Shown piece after piece: positions 13,005 through 26,916 of a stretch of 64,000 bases of DNA. Source of the stretch: Harriotta raleighana (taxonomy: Eukaryota); assembly GCA_050575255.1 (NCBI GenBank), contig JBNZDD010013709.1, positions 4,317,963-4,381,962 on the forward strand. Direction: 5' to 3'. The notes below the pieces were generated by a model. The model was not told the DNA's origin. It saw only the letters and a program-made list of their open reading frames with translations, and did no database searches. Both the position numbers and the translations under genes were made by a program. Within the stretch, counting starts at the first letter, position 1, and every line of letters begins with the position of its first letter.

Positions 13005-13810
13005 GAATTATTTCCTCTGAGTTAGAAGGCTGTTGGCTCAAGCTCCACGTCAAGACTTGGAATCATAGTCTAAGATGGCACTATAATGCAGTGCTGGGTG
13101 GGTGTTGCATTTTCGGAGGTATCATTAGAACATAAGAATTAGGAGCAGGAGTAGGCCATTCGACCCTTCTAGCCTGCCCTGCCATTCAATAAGATCATGG
13201 CTGATCTTCTGACCTAACTCTAATTACCTGCCCTATCCCCATATCCCCTAATCCCTCTATTTTAAAAAAATCTATCTATCAAGGACTGAGCATCTACAGC
13301 CTTCTACTACCATCTGAGTGAAGAAATGTTTCCTCAACTCAGTTCTAAAGGCTGACCCTTCATTTTTTAAGACTGTAACCCCTGGTTATAGATTCTCCTA
13401 CCAGGGGAAACAGTCCCTCAGTGTCTACTTTATCCAGCCCTTTAAGAATTTTCTGTGTTTCAATAAGATCCCGCCTAATTCTTCTGTACTCTAGAGAATT
13501 CTTCATGGATCACATTAAGCTGAGGTCCTGTTCGTTTGTTCAGGTGGACCTCAAAGATCTCATGGCACTATTTGAAATCAGAAGGAAGTTTCTCCCGATG
13601 TTCTGGAAAAACAAATTCCCCCCAAAAAATTGATCGCTCTCTCCATGGCTGTTTGTGGGACTTCGCTGTGTGCAAATTGGCTGCCACATTCACCCTCGAT
13701 GTACACACTCAATCTACTTTACCGTATATACCACAAAGCTCTTTAACATATATCTCAATGACATGATAAGGCGCTATATCAGATGCAAGAATTATTATGA
13801 TTATTATTAT
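13005..13810 (+). mobile_element. Older, long DeuSINE (SacSINE1/AmnSINE1-like) split by a CR1
   Basis: Carries the full Deu core: gaggtcctgttcgtttgttcaggtggacctcaaagatctcatggcactatttgaa...gctgtttgtgggacttcgctgtgtgcaaattggctgcc. Related decayed copies at ~17500-17870(-), 22050-22310(-), 23490-23830(+), 25580-25770(+), 30860-31140(+), 56150-56640(-). Confidence 0.7.
13127..13497 (-). mobile_element. CR1 LINE 3' end nested in an old Deu-SINE
   Basis: Tail agaacataagaattaggagcaggagtaggccattcg... is shared with 33137 and 56979. It splits the SINE at 13005-13810. Confidence 0.85.
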
Positions 13811-15228
13811 GACAGTGAATTACACTGTGGGTGTTACTAGATTTGGCCATATTCTCGGATTATTCTGCCTTTGTCAAAACAAAGGCATTGACACTCCTCT
13901 GCATGAGGCTGATTTTGTGCAAGGATTGAATTGAATCCTAGGTAGTGCTGGCTACCAGTTTCTAAAACCTTTCCTCTCAATCTGATCTGCAAATTTAATC
14001 TGGTACACAGCAGTTAACATGAAACTTTAAGGTGTGCCAGTCTAAGAATGTAGTTACGGTTGATTATTCATCGACCGTGTGTGAAGCAACCATGGATTCT
14101 ATGGAAACTGTATTTAAGAAGTAAAGTTTTGGACACTCCATAAACATAAACCTGTTGCTATTATCCATTAAGCATAAAATTGAAACCATCTTACCAAGAA
14201 TTGTGTAGCCTGCGACAGGCAAATAGTTGTGTAGGATTTATATTACATTTAAGTCTCCATCTCTCCCGTTCCCCTTCCTACATCCCTCAATTCCCTTCTC
14301 ATTCTTTACATGTTCATAAAGTTGCAGTGAGAAGATGACGATTGAACAATCTCTTGACCGACATTCTACTGATGACATGTTAGAGGTAAAACATGTGACC
14401 CCTTTTATTTCTTACGTTGTTAGAAACTTGTTTAAATTAACAGTTTGAGTATTTTAACAACGTAATCATTTTGACAGTCACCAAAACATTGTTCTTTACA
14501 GTATTTTGGCTCCCACTGGAATTGTCATTATGATTCCAATTCAAGAGATTGTTCCAGTCAAACTTACTTTTTAACACACCCACACACACCTTTGTTTTAT
14601 CCCCTTTACCCACAAAAATGGCTTGATCTTTCCAAGTTCAGAAACATTTCAGCACCAGCAAAATAAAACACAAATTACAGCGCACTGGAATCCCAAACAG
14701 GATACAATATAATAATAATCCTCGTATTTTGATACAGTGCCTTATCAAGTCTCAAAGGGCTTCACGGAATACACTGTAAAGTGAAGAGACTGTATATTTT
14801 GTGGGCGAAGCATGACAGCCAATTACACACAGCAGCGTCCTACAGTCGTGGATTGAGCGACCACATTTTTTTTGTGACGGAATTATTGTGTATTTTGCTT
14901 CACTGTGCACGATAATTGATGCAGTGATTACCATCATTCTGAGTTTCAAGAAGTACTATTTGGTATTCTATCGTAAGACAGCAGTTTGTTCACTGTTGTG
15001 ACATATTATGTTTTTTTAAAAATACACAAAGATGTTTAATTTGTTAATCAGTTTATTCTGTCGTTTAGGGTAACAGTTGTATCATTCAGTAGAACAAAAA
15101 TCGTAAAGGGTTACTTGAGCAGAAACCTTCAGACAAAGGTTTTTTAAAAAGAAAGTTTAATAACAACAACTACTACTACTTTGATTTATATAGCGCCCTC
15201 CACGCCGGGCGGCATTTCAGAGCTCTTT

Positions 15229-15427
15229 AATAATACTTTGCATTTGATATAGCGCTTTTCATGTCTTCTAGATGTCTCAAAGAGCTTCGCAGAATATACT
15301 GTAAAGTGAATTGACTATATCAGGTGTGTGGAGTAAGAAAACTTGCCCAAGGATTTGCCCTTATGGATTCAAACACTGGTCTCACGCTTGTAAGGCGGCT
15401 ACTCTAACCATTGAGCTACAGGACTCC
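15229..15427 (-). mobile_element. tRNA/Deu SINE with internal deletion
   Basis: Tail joined directly to head; ends gagctacaggactcc. Confidence 0.8.
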
Positions 15428-16550
15428 AAAACCATGCACAACACCATTGAGCTGCCCCCAAAGTAATACATTTCAGCCATAACTAAAAAATGTTGACACA
15501 AGCTAAAGCCTGTTGTTGAACAGGCTACAATAAACCATGTTAACACAGAACTGCTTAGTAATATTGATGCTTACATGTCAGTCAGGTCTTCAGCAGTCGT
15601 GATACCATTCATTTTGCTATCATCAGTTATCCTTTGCAATTTTTTCCTGGGTAACTCTTTTCATTTTTGTTGTTATTGATATGTTTTTATGATCAACTAT
15701 TTTCACTGTCCATTGACATCCACTGAAAGCATTTCTATGTGACTGACTCTTGAAGCCAACAAACATACTTTTTTCCATTATGCGATTTGCTAATAGGAGA
15801 CCTCGGCTGACATTTCTATTCAATGAGTACTACTGGGAGTGGCAATGAAAAGCAAAACTAGAAATCAACCGGGAAAGGGGGGGGAATAATCTAGCTCATT
15901 GAAACTCGAATGGTAAGAAGGTTTGCATTCCAGTCAGTATACTTTTTCTCGATTTGATCTGCTCTTCCCACACACAAAAGTACATTTATAGCAACATTTT
16001 AAATATGCACATCTCATGTTTTGTGGCTTCCTGTTTTTTTCGCTGCTGGTGTTTAACTACTAGGGATTTTGCCCCCATATATGGAAGCATTTTGAGACAT
16101 CTTGAAGACGTGAACAAGGGCTAAATCAAATGCAAGATTTATTAAAAGATTTATTGTTATTGGTGCATGGATGCAATGCATCCTATTTCTATAATGATTG
16201 AGCAAAACTTGCATGCTGATTCCCAATACCTTTTTAGGAAATAGATACAGACCATTCCAATTTCCAAGTGTCTGAGTTAAAATAAACCAGTAGCAATTCT
16301 CACTGCTACATCCAGGTTAGTCCTCTATCCAGTCCTCTCCAGATTTGAAATTTGCTGCTTGTTCCACTTTCCAAGACCTGTGTGTTAATTCCAAGGTGTT
16401 TTGTGAATGTGTGAATGGGTGAATCGTTGATAATAATCCTCGAATTTGATATAGTGCCTTATCACGGCGTTGAGCTATCTCATGGCAGAATAAATTGTAA
16501 AGTGAATTGACTATACTTTATGGACAAAAACCCCCCCAAAATGTTAAACA

Positions 16551-16804
16551 CAGTCTGTCCTTGCTTAATGTCGATTCGGTCAACGTTCTTTCAATATTAC
16601 GTTGCCGATACATAGGGGAACATATATCTAGTTAACGTTGTGACATTCGCTATTATGTCGTTTGCTGGCGGTTGGAAACAAACTACTTTGGGTCGCATAG
16701 GCATACATAGACGCTGAACGTCGAGTATTCTTACACAGGTTCACTTAACTTCACTTAAAGTCGCACTTTTCAAGAAGACAATTAAATTAAGCGAGGACTA
16801 ATTG
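16551..16804. mobile_element. Old Tigger-like MITE
   Basis: Imperfect TIRs cagtctgtccttgcttaa / ttaagcgaggactaattg; CpG-richer interior; flanks CA/TG (degenerate TA). Confidence 0.55.
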
Positions 16805-18169
16805 TGCTTTAACATGGCATGTTGTAAAGTTTGTACTGTACAGAACATTAAAGAGGTCTGCGCAACTGATAAGACTTGTGAAAGGTATGACCATATTAGT
16901 TAACAAATGAAGACAATTCTGTTCCTTGTGGACTAGTAGTATATAGAACAGTTTTCAGGATGATGGATAATTTACAGGAAACCCTTTGACTTTTGAAACA
17001 CTAACTACGCGCAAAATCTAAATTTAACAGTGCAGAGCTGTTTTGTTCATTAATTTTGTTTCAGGTGAAATTTGAGTTTGAAACTAAATGAGACAATCCA
17101 TACATTTGTCAATTCTAACATGCCGTGTTTTAAAACAGCAGATGTGGACTTTTTATATATTTGTTTAGAAATTAATGTTCAGAGATAATATTTGTGAAAT
17201 GTAGGTATAGACAATTTAAAGCGTGCTACGGTATTTTTAACGGAGTGTTGCTTGAATACACCTGCGATGTAGTCCTGCAGCTCAGTGGTTAGAGCAATCG
17301 CCTCGCAAACAAGAGACCTGGGTTTGAATCCTGGCAGGGCAAAATGTTGGTCAAGTTATCGTACTCCACTTGCCTCTGTTTACCTCGTACTAAGTTTACT
17401 AACTCGTATTATACCTGGTCTGCAGGTAGATGACTGTCTTAATAATCAGATGAAAATCCTGATGCTCACCAATTGTTGTATTTACAGAAAAGCTTGTAAT
17501 TGAGTTTAAACCTTTACTACATTGAACCATCTCAAGGCATTGCGCAAAATAAGTTGCTTTAACGTGCAATGACTGTTGTTATTTTGGGAAACTTGGCACT
17601 TAATGTTTGTCAACAAAATCCCACAAGCAACAGTTTGTTAATGAATCTTAGATAATGGAGAATGTTGTTGGGACAACGCTCTGTCCTTCCTTTAAAATAA
17701 CACCTTCAAAATTACTGTCCAGTAGAAACAGAGCCTCTGTGTCCTCTGAAAAAGCAATACTCCCGTCATTACTACATTGACATTTCAGCCTAGGTTGTCA
17801 ACTCAAGACTTGGAGTGAGGCACAAAGCCACAGCCACCTGTGTCGGAGCCAAGAATGCTTCCAATTTAGCTAGGATGATGAGTTCTTATATGACATACAA
17901 AGTGTATTCAGATGTTGTAACAATGGCTGAGCCAGAGCTTCAGGTTGGCAGACAGCAGGACAGCATAGAAAAAAATTTAGAACCACAACTTAGAATTTTT
18001 CCTCGTTGTACGATTACATCTTTCGAACAATCGGAGTTGTTCAATTTTCACCTGGCATTTTAACGGTCGGTTCTTTAAAAGGTATCTTGACCAAGACTTT
18101 CTTTGTGTCAAATTGGACAATAGTGATTTAATTATAATATTCCTTGCATTTGATACAGTGCCTTATTGT

Positions 18170-18493
18170 GGAGTACTGTAGCTCAGTGGTTAGAGCACTT
18201 GTCTTACAAGCACAAATCCAGGCAGGTCAGGGCAAAACATTGGGCAAGTTTCCTTACTCCACGCTCCTAATACAGTAATAATCTGTCCCAAAAGAACACA
18301 ACGAGAAAAATTGGACAGTTCAATCCACGACTGTTTGTGGGACACTGCTGTGCGCAATAGCTGCCACGTTTCACCCACAAATATACGGTCAATTCATTTT
18401 ACAGTATATTTTGTGAAGCGCTTTGAGACATCTAGAAGAGGTAAAAAGCACTATGTTAAACGGAAGGAGATCAAATGCAAGGTTTATTATTAT
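18170..18493 (+). mobile_element. tRNA/Deu SINE
   Basis: Same structure as 5431. Confidence 0.88.
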
Positions 18494-19944
18494 CAAGTCA
18501 TTGAGATGTCTCAAAGCGCTTCAAATAATATACTGTAAATTGAATCAGACTGATTTACCATCTAATGTTCAAAGTAAATTAAATCTCGTCCCACCCCATT
18601 TCCTCCCCTCCATCCTTCCCCACTCCCACCACTGCACATCCTCCCTAACCACCCTGGTCACATTTACTAAAAATGATAATTGGTGATATGCATTCAGAGA
18701 TTGTCAAAGCCACGTGTGCAGAGATTGCATGAACGAGCATTGAGAAAGTGTTCATCCTTCTGGTAGTGCACCCAATGGGTTCAGTTAGTTTGTAATGTGG
18801 TGAGGAAGCATCAACATTAAAGGCCATCCCTAGATTCCCTTCAAACCCAGAGAGTGGATCCTTTTTGCCTCAGGGTTTTGAGCATTACGGATACAATTTG
18901 CTGTCTTTTCCGTTCTTTTGGCAAACAATCCTGAGCAATGAAAGCAGCCACCAGTGCTTTGCACATATATAACTCATTTTCTGGCCATCTCACAGATTAT
19001 TAATACTGATACAGAGTAATGAGGCTTGCAGGATTTAACAAGGTTTCCACTTACATTTGAAGAGTTTTCCATAAAGCTGTGCATCTGTTTTAATGTGGAA
19101 AGGTGATAAACAGCAGGGTAAAATAAATCAAGGATGGGGTTTGATTTATGTGACACATCTAAGTTTCTCTGTTCGAATATCTCAACACCCGGTCACACAG
19201 ACTTGCTACACATACAGTAAATTAAATTTAAATTACACAGTGTTGGGTGGAAAATTGCTCAGTTAATACTGCCACTGAAATCAAATTTCATTTTTATTTT
19301 CCACGTTAAACATTCTCCAATTTTTCCCTTATATGTTTAACTGTTTTTCATCCCCCAGTGGTTTTCCTCCCTATCCCCACAATTTCCTTTCCTTATTATA
19401 TTAACATTGATACACCAAGAATAATAGACCAAACACAGTGTAAATGCGTTGAAATGAAAGTGGGTTCTAATGACAAGGAAGTTGAAGCCAATTTAGATCA
19501 ACAGCAGCTTCAGCACAGTTAATAGTGCAGAGGTCGGCACTGGGAAGTGAGTGTGATGTTAATTACACATTGCTCACTTATATTTTAAACTGTCAGAAAG
19601 AAAATGTGGCATGTGAAACTGCAAAGCTTGCAGTGTTTACTGCAATTTGCAACCTAATGTCTCGAGGTAAATCTTATATAATAATAATATGGCTTGTAAA
19701 AGGGATCAGTCATGCATATGTTAATAAACACACCCTGAATGAGGAATAGAGGTCAAAAATATGTCATTTTTTTGTGGAAGTTGCATTGTGATCATATTCA
19801 TCAACAAAGAGCTGTTCTCCAAATGACCACTTAATGCATGTTAGAAAAGCGAAAGGCGAACAGAACCTATCGAGGCTGCAGTTTGCAGACATGCATTTAG
19901 GTGAATTGTATTTGTAAGTCTGCAGGCACCAGAGTATGGATAGC

Positions 19945-20820
19945 AATACTCCTTGCATTTGATATAATACCTTTCTCGTCTGTTAGACGTCTCAAAACAC
20001 TTCTTAGAATATACTGTAAAGTGAATTGACTGTATTTGTGAGAAAAATGCAGCAGCCAATTGCACACAGGGATTATTATTAGGCATGTGGAGTAAGGAAA
20101 CTTGCCAAAGGTTTCGTCCTTTATTACACAATCACAGAAATTATGGCAAAATTACGGCATAGTAGGAGACCATTCAGTCCATCTAATCTGTGTTCTTTCT
20201 TCCTAGTTGTGGATTAAAAAAAACAATTTATTATTGTTTTATTTTTTGAGGGATTATTATTCGGCATGTGGAGTGAGGAAACTTGCCTAAGGTTTTGCCC
20301 TGTCTGGAATTGAACTCGGGTTTCTAGCATGTATGGCGAGAGCTCTAACCATTGAGCTACAGGACACTACCTGAATCTGAGAGCAAAATCTTCCTATGGA
20401 CTGTTAGGGAAATCACAAACTTTGGGAGCAAGATTTGTCATTACTAAATCCCTAATCTGTCACAGGCTAACCTCTGGAACCGTTTGAATGCTGACCTCAG
20501 TCCAGTTACTTTGTTACCACCTAGCAAAGTATTAGGTCACACTACCTGCAAGCAACAAGCTTCATTCAATTCCTACAAGACTGTATTCCATGGCTGATTT
20601 CAGACAGGCAGTGTGTGACATGCTACAATTTGCCTCAACTCTTAATAATAATAATATTCTTTACATTTGTTATAGCACTTTTCATGTCTTCTAGATGTCT
20701 CAAAGAACTTCACAGAATATACTGTAAAGTGAATTGACTGTATATTTATGGGTGAAACGCAGCATCTGATTGACTACAGCATTGTCCCACAAACAGTCGT
20801 GGACTGAGTGATTAAATTTT
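19945..20820 (-). mobile_element. Cluster of minus-strand SINE fragments (~19945-20118, ~20207-20367, ~20644-20820)
   Basis: Reverse-complement matches to the tail, core and head of the 5431 family. Confidence 0.8.
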
Positions 20821-23800
20821 TTATTTTTTTATTTTAACTCTTCAGAGGAAGAGGAAATCAGCTGGTGTCCCCCACTGCTAGTTACTACCCAGAGAGCCCG
20901 ATGGAAAGGGTTGTGGGTTCAGCCTTGTTACCTGCTCTCTATGCTAAAAGCTGAACATTGCACTTGCTGCTAAAACAATGTCTGTAACCTGGCATTGTTG
21001 AGATACATGGCATTTGTGGATATGCACCTCAATATTAATTAGTGGAGGGGAAAGAGTAAAAACAATTTGAGGGAAGGAAGAATAAAAAATAGAGGAGAAT
21101 ATTTTAAGGTATATATTTAAGTAATATATTACACTGCGTTTATTCATATGTGCACAAAGATAGGATTGCAAATCTTACTGAATGGAGGAGAATGGAGCTC
21201 AGCTTTGGGCTATGTGGAAGGCAGGGATCGGAATAACCCAATTGTGAGCTATTTTGCCCACACAAAATGTACAGTCAATTCACTTTATGGTATATTCTAT
21301 GAAGCGCTTTGAGACATTTAGAAGACGTGAAAAGCGCTGTATGAAATTCAAGGATTATTATTATTATTGCAACCTCAAGTACCATATTGTTTGCAAGCTA
21401 GTCGAAGAGCGAGTGAAAATGTCTTACTCTGTGACTGAACGACCCTTCAAATGTGAAAAATAAATGTTCATGGAGAAAGCATTGAGCCATGAAATGCAAC
21501 CAGTGGAAAAACACTGGCATTAGTGTCATTGCTCCAACTTGTAGGACCCCTATTTTATTCCAACTCGTGGAACTGATTTTGCGAAAATGTTTGTTTTGGT
21601 ACAGTTTAATTTAATATTTTGGTCAGAGATTGAGGTTGATGGTTTCCCCAGCTGTGTAATCAACTGTATCACACCGTTAAATTGAGGGCAGGGACTCTTC
21701 AAAAATGTCAGCATGATTCCGAATGCAACAACTCGTGTTTATTAAACTACTTTCACATTTGATGAATACCTCAAGGGATTTATCGAAAGGATCATTGGAC
21801 ACTGACAAAAACGTGGTGATAACTGAAGGTTATTTGAGTGAATGGTGAAAGAGATCAATCTTACGGTTTTTTGGGGGGAAACCAGGAGATTAGTAACAAT
21901 GTTAACCACAGCATGTGTTTTGGGAAAAGAGATCCAGAGAGAAAGAGAGAGGGAGGGAAGTATGTGGGTGACATCTCAGGCATTTGGTAGGCGAGTGCTG
22001 GCAAACTGTGCTCCCAATGATAACCCTGTAAGCAACCATGGATTCAATGACCAGTTTTGTTTGGAGGATTGTCAATTGGGACACACGGTGACACTTCCCT
22101 CCTCTTTTCAAATCGTGCCATGGGATTTTTAATGTTCATTTGAACAGGCAGATGGGACCTCAGTTTAATATCTCATTGGTAGGACGTCAGCTTCAACAAT
22201 GCAGTGCACCCTGAGCAGCCTAGACTGTGAGTTCAAAAAAGCCCCAACATGGAGCTTGAACAATCAAACTTCTGAATCAGAGTACGATAACAGTACGACG
22301 ACTGAGCCAGGCTGACAAGTGACTCTGGACGCACCAACACCCAAATCAATGCTTCCTTCTGGCCAATAGAGCAGTTTCCAAATCTCCATTGTCTTAAATT
22401 GCCTTGTGGTGAGTGAGCTGTCTATTTGTAAACTGCTTGCAGTTGATAATGAAATTCTTATTCGATACGTGCCAGTCAGTTAGCTGCTATTGTAAACCCA
22501 GTTGGTGGTAAATGTCTGCGCATGGAAAGTCACTTTGCACTCCTATTGTGCTGGTTGCCATGGGAATAGACATCTGAGCATTGAAGTAAAATAATGAAGG
22601 ATCGGCCAGTGATTGCAAGGCAGGACCCTGTCCTTGTAATCCTGACTTCATCAGCACTGCAAGCGAGGTGAGGCTCCTGCTTCAAGCAAAGCCAATGGAC
22701 GACAAAGCGATGTTAGAAATTAGATTGACTTTAGGAACAGGAGTTAGCCCTCCAGCCTTCCTGGCCCCCAGCCCTCTTGCCTTCACCCCTCCTGCCCCAG
22801 CTCTCTCAACTCGGATCTAAAATCCCTGATTGTCCAATACCCTGGGACGTTTTTCCGATATAAAGGTTGCTATACATGAAGACCTGTATCTTCGACCGCG
22901 CTTACGGTCACCTACCTTTCCCTCTGACTTGTTGTATGTGATGTGAATGTTATCAATAATTTAATTATCACATAGCACCCTCTTTCCCGCGTTCCCAATC
23001 CTGCAATATTCTAGAGAAAGCTTTTGTCTGTGTTCAATCAACACTATCTTGTTTTTGAGCAAGGCTTTTTAAACTCGGGTTTTGTTTATTGTTTTCAAAT
23101 TATTTTGCAGGCAGGCCCTGGGGAAATTTACATCCTCCCTGGTACCTGATAGGAGCTATTCCACCTAACAGAATCTTGGGCCTTTGCTAGACCTTGAAAT
23201 AGACTGTAGATTAAATGTGTAGCACAGTTTGATTCAAGGCAGTTTAGTCCAGTATTCCTGTGGTTCTGCTGGTATAGTACAGTATCTAGCTAAATTATAG
23301 CTAATTCAACCAATTTTAACTAACAATTTAAGACCAGACTAGGACAACATGGACAACAATTTTTCTTATTTCGAACCAACAATGTTAAATTTTAAATAAA
23401 GTTTGAATTCAATGTGCCAAGTGAGGGTTACATGTTTTCATCAATTGCCAAAGCTATGTATTTGTTTACAATCTTGTGTGGTAATATTCTGACATCTGAG
23501 TGCCCCCAAAGCATATAATCTAGACTGACACTCCAGGGCAGAGCTGGGCAATGTGCTGTATTGTTGTCCCTCAGATGAGATGTCAAACTGAGGTTCCATC
23601 TGCCTATTCAGGTGGATATTCAACTTCCCTTGTTTGGAAGGAGTCCTGTTTCCTGGCTAACAATTACTCAAATAAAACTGACCATTCATTTTAAATCAGT
23701 CTTTCGGACATTCCAGCCACAAAATAAACAGCTAATTCACTTTATATAGTGTATGTTATGCGAAGTGCTTTGAGAACATCTCGAAGACTTGATACTGAGG

Positions 23801-25214
23801 TGTATCAAATGCAAGGATTATTATTAAATGAGTTGCCATGTTCGCCTACAATGTTCACCTACAAAATATACACATGCCCTTGACAGTAAATCCTGTCAAA
23901 TGCTTTGAGCATCCACCCAACATGAAGGGTGCTTGAGCAAATCCAAGGATTACTATTATTTATTATTAAATTGAATGATATATCCATAAAAAGCATGAAT
24001 ATGAAATGGTTATTTTATTTGTATATTAGTGTTATTTAATTTGCCTTGTTTGATTGATGTCTGTGCACTCAAACTAAATCTCCGGTTTAATTCAACCAGG
24101 TAGCCCATTGATAGCACAGTAAGCTGTTCTTTTAATGCCATAAAGCAGAAATAAACTTGTTACATACACATCAGTGACAGAATCACCACTGGATTTGTTT
24201 TCATTCAGCAAGCTCATACTGCGGCTGCCTGATATTGTGTTGAATACTACATCACAGTATTTGGTGTGATGTGATCTGCAGATCAGCCAAGAGCACCTAT
24301 CAGTCAACCAAGTTAAACACAAAAAATTGCCATATGCCTTTGTGAAGTTGTTATGGTAACAAGTCAACCCTTAAACAGTGGAATTAATGTTCTCTTACGG
24401 TTCAATGGCAAAAATAATCATTTTTGAAAACTGTTTCCTTGCATGACAAGTGCACATTTTAAACATGATGGGAAAGAAATATGGTTCGCTAAGTTCAAAG
24501 CATAAATTGCACCTTCCTGGTTGACTCTGGGTTGCACGTAAGAGCCATCTGTGGATCCAGATATTCTTACCATGAACGAGATGGATCAGCAGACCATTTG
24601 GATCTATAAAACGATTGTAAAGAGAGTTACGGCAGGAGCAGAAAATGCTTCCTAAACATTTCTTTGAATGGCAAACTATTTTTTCCCCAGTATTGTACAA
24701 ATATGTAGTTAGAAGACATAGTTTGAATTGACAAATGTACCCATGTTTTTTGAGGATACCTTACATCTCTTAGGTAGTGTCAAATAGTTCTTCCTTAGCA
24801 CCATCGCTGAAGAACAAAATGATGGTAAATAATGTGATAACACTTATTGTGCAACACCTGAAACGTATTTCAAAACAACTTGCCTCCCTGAATAATAACT
24901 CTTAATATTACTCGCGCATAAGAGAATAGTATTCACTTGTGGGAATGGTGCCATAAAAATAATGAATTCAGAAGGCCCAGAATTCTGAAGTGTGGTTGAT
25001 ATTATTTAGAACATAATTTCCCCAAGTGAATTTAACTTCCCCCAATAACAACAGCAACACCAAAAGGCATCTCCATGGTGCCAACCATCGTGGGACATTG
25101 TACAAAGATGCAGTTTGGCACAAATACCTANTTACCAAAGGTCAGAGGTCATAGGCTGCACTATCCTCAAATATAATGCTTGAAACCAAAGAAACTTGAT
25201 TTGAGAGTAATTGT

Positions 25215-25525
25215 GGAATCCAATAGCTCAATGTTTAGAATAGACATCCTAAAAGCGAGAGACCTACATTCGATTCCAGGCAGGGTGAAAACTTGGCCAA
25301 GTTTCTTTACTCCACATGCTTGATAATAATCCCTCAAAAAAAAAAAGAATAATAAATTGGTCATTTCAATCCACGGTTGTTTGTGGGACACCACTGTCCG
25401 CAATTTGCTGCCGTGTTTCGTCCACAAATATACTGTCAATTCACTTTACAGTATATTCTTTGAAATGCTTTGAGATGTCGAAGACATGAAAAGTGTTATA
25501 TCAAATACAAGGATTATTATTATTA
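25215..25525 (+). mobile_element. Full-length tRNA/Deu SINE upstream of the Cys-loop exon
   Basis: Same structure as 5431. Confidence 0.88.
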
Positions 25526-26469
25526 AACTGGGATCAGGAATTTTTCTACGTACACATAAGTATACACAAACATCTGTCTGTAGTGCTGGGAAAGTGCTGT
25601 ATTGTTAGAGATGCCGCCCTTCGGTTAGGACTGAGATTAAACCGAGTTTCTCTCTCTGCCTTTTCAAGCAGACAATGGAGATTCTACAATGCGGTTGTAA
25701 TAGAGAAAGGAGTTTCTTCCGATTACCTGGCTAACAATCCTATGGAGGAAATTGGTCAATTATTTGCTTGATGTTTTTAACACTCCTGTTTAATCCTTTG
25801 GTGTTGAATAGAAGGATAAAAAAACTGCCACAGATAAATGAAGGCACACGTTCTACATTCTGATCTCACCAGATCAGCTGACTCATTTTGGCAATGTTTA
25901 AATAGGTTAACATACCTTGCTGTCTCGGGGGTCTTCTTTATGTTATACTATGTGATGGGATATCGCTTTGCAAAGGTGGAGTGAGTTCATAGTCTTCCCA
26001 TTTCCCAGAGCAACAGTAATTGTTGCCCAACAGTGTTTAATGCTATTGAAGAGCTGAGTGAACAATTGTTTTTCCAATAATGTTAAAAGCAAAGGGAGCA
26101 ACAACTTTATTTATTTATATGCTTCCCTTTACCGGGCATAGTGACTCAGAGCTTGAATCTTGGAGCGATAACAACAAGGGATATGAGAGTAGGACAGGGC
26201 AGTGGTATTGGAAGTACATCCTGCCCTGAGACTTGGTGGGCTGAATGGCCTCCTTTCTGCTCTAGTCAATTCCTATAAAGCAGGTTGATCCAAGGATTTT
26301 TGTTCAGATACCACCCAGTTCCACATAATAAGGCTTATTAAGCAACCCCGCCAAGGAATATTACAACATGCAGTGTTGTGTCTTTAGCCATTGCAAGAAT
26401 TTAGATTTTTGCTAAATTGAAAATATTTTATTTTCAGAATTAAAGCTTTAAGTTTTTTTTTGTTCTCAG

Positions 26470-26557
26470 AGCACGGATGATCTGTTGGTCGCCTCGGCTG
26501 AATGTCCGACGGACGATGAGGACCTCGACGAGTGTGAGCCGAGCTCAGGTGGGTTAG
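26470..26557 (+). CDS. NRXN1: Neurexin penultimate coding exon (Cys-loop / heparan-sulfate attachment region), [26 protein letters not shown][GGL]; alternative 5' splice donors after 26548 and 26557 (SS5)
   Basis: Acceptor ttttttttgttctcAG at 26468-69, phase-0 start. The translation matches the neurexin stalk motif (VASAEC..DDED..CEPSS). Donors G|GTGGGT (26549) and G|GTTAGT (26558) are 9 nt apart, both phase 1, and join in frame to the exon at 40592 (G+CA = Ala). Missed by the ORF track because it is short. Confidence 0.95.
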
Positions 26558-26916
26558 GTTAGTCCCATTTTCTTATTTCTTTTCTCTGTGTGTCCGTGAC
26601 TGTCTTGTCTGCATGTTTCTGTCTCTGCTTGATAAATGGAAGGGGTTTCACTGTTGGGGTGCTCAAAGGGCTTGTTGAATGGTGACTGCAAATCCTGTGA
26701 TACCTCTGTTAGACAAAGATACATGCTCAAACACACAAGCACATAACATTCAGGGTGACAAACTGCAGGCAAAACACTTACAATCCTTGCCTTTGATATT
26801 GGGCATATAGCTTTGACACATCTCCAATGCTTCACAGCTAATTGCTGTCTAGTGTGGTGACTGGATATTTGTCAGAGAAATTCTCAGAGTGTAGATATAA
26901 TAAGAATACTGTACGA

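Noticed and set aside
12106-13005. Overlapping 164/102/74-aa ORFs
   Set aside because: No recognisable domain or splice structure. Possibly a very old LINE remnant, but not supportable by eye.
19509-19529. REST/NRSE-like site TTCAGCACAGTTAATAGTGCA
   Set aside because: Only the left half matches; the GGACAG core is absent.
19604-19625. atgtggcatgtgaaactgcaa resembling the NRXN1-gamma N-terminus
   Set aside because: Needs three gaps to align and has no in-phase donor before a stop.
1-26469. Upstream neurexin LNS6/O-glycosylation exon
   Set aside because: No matching coding sequence was found by eye; it presumably lies upstream of the window.
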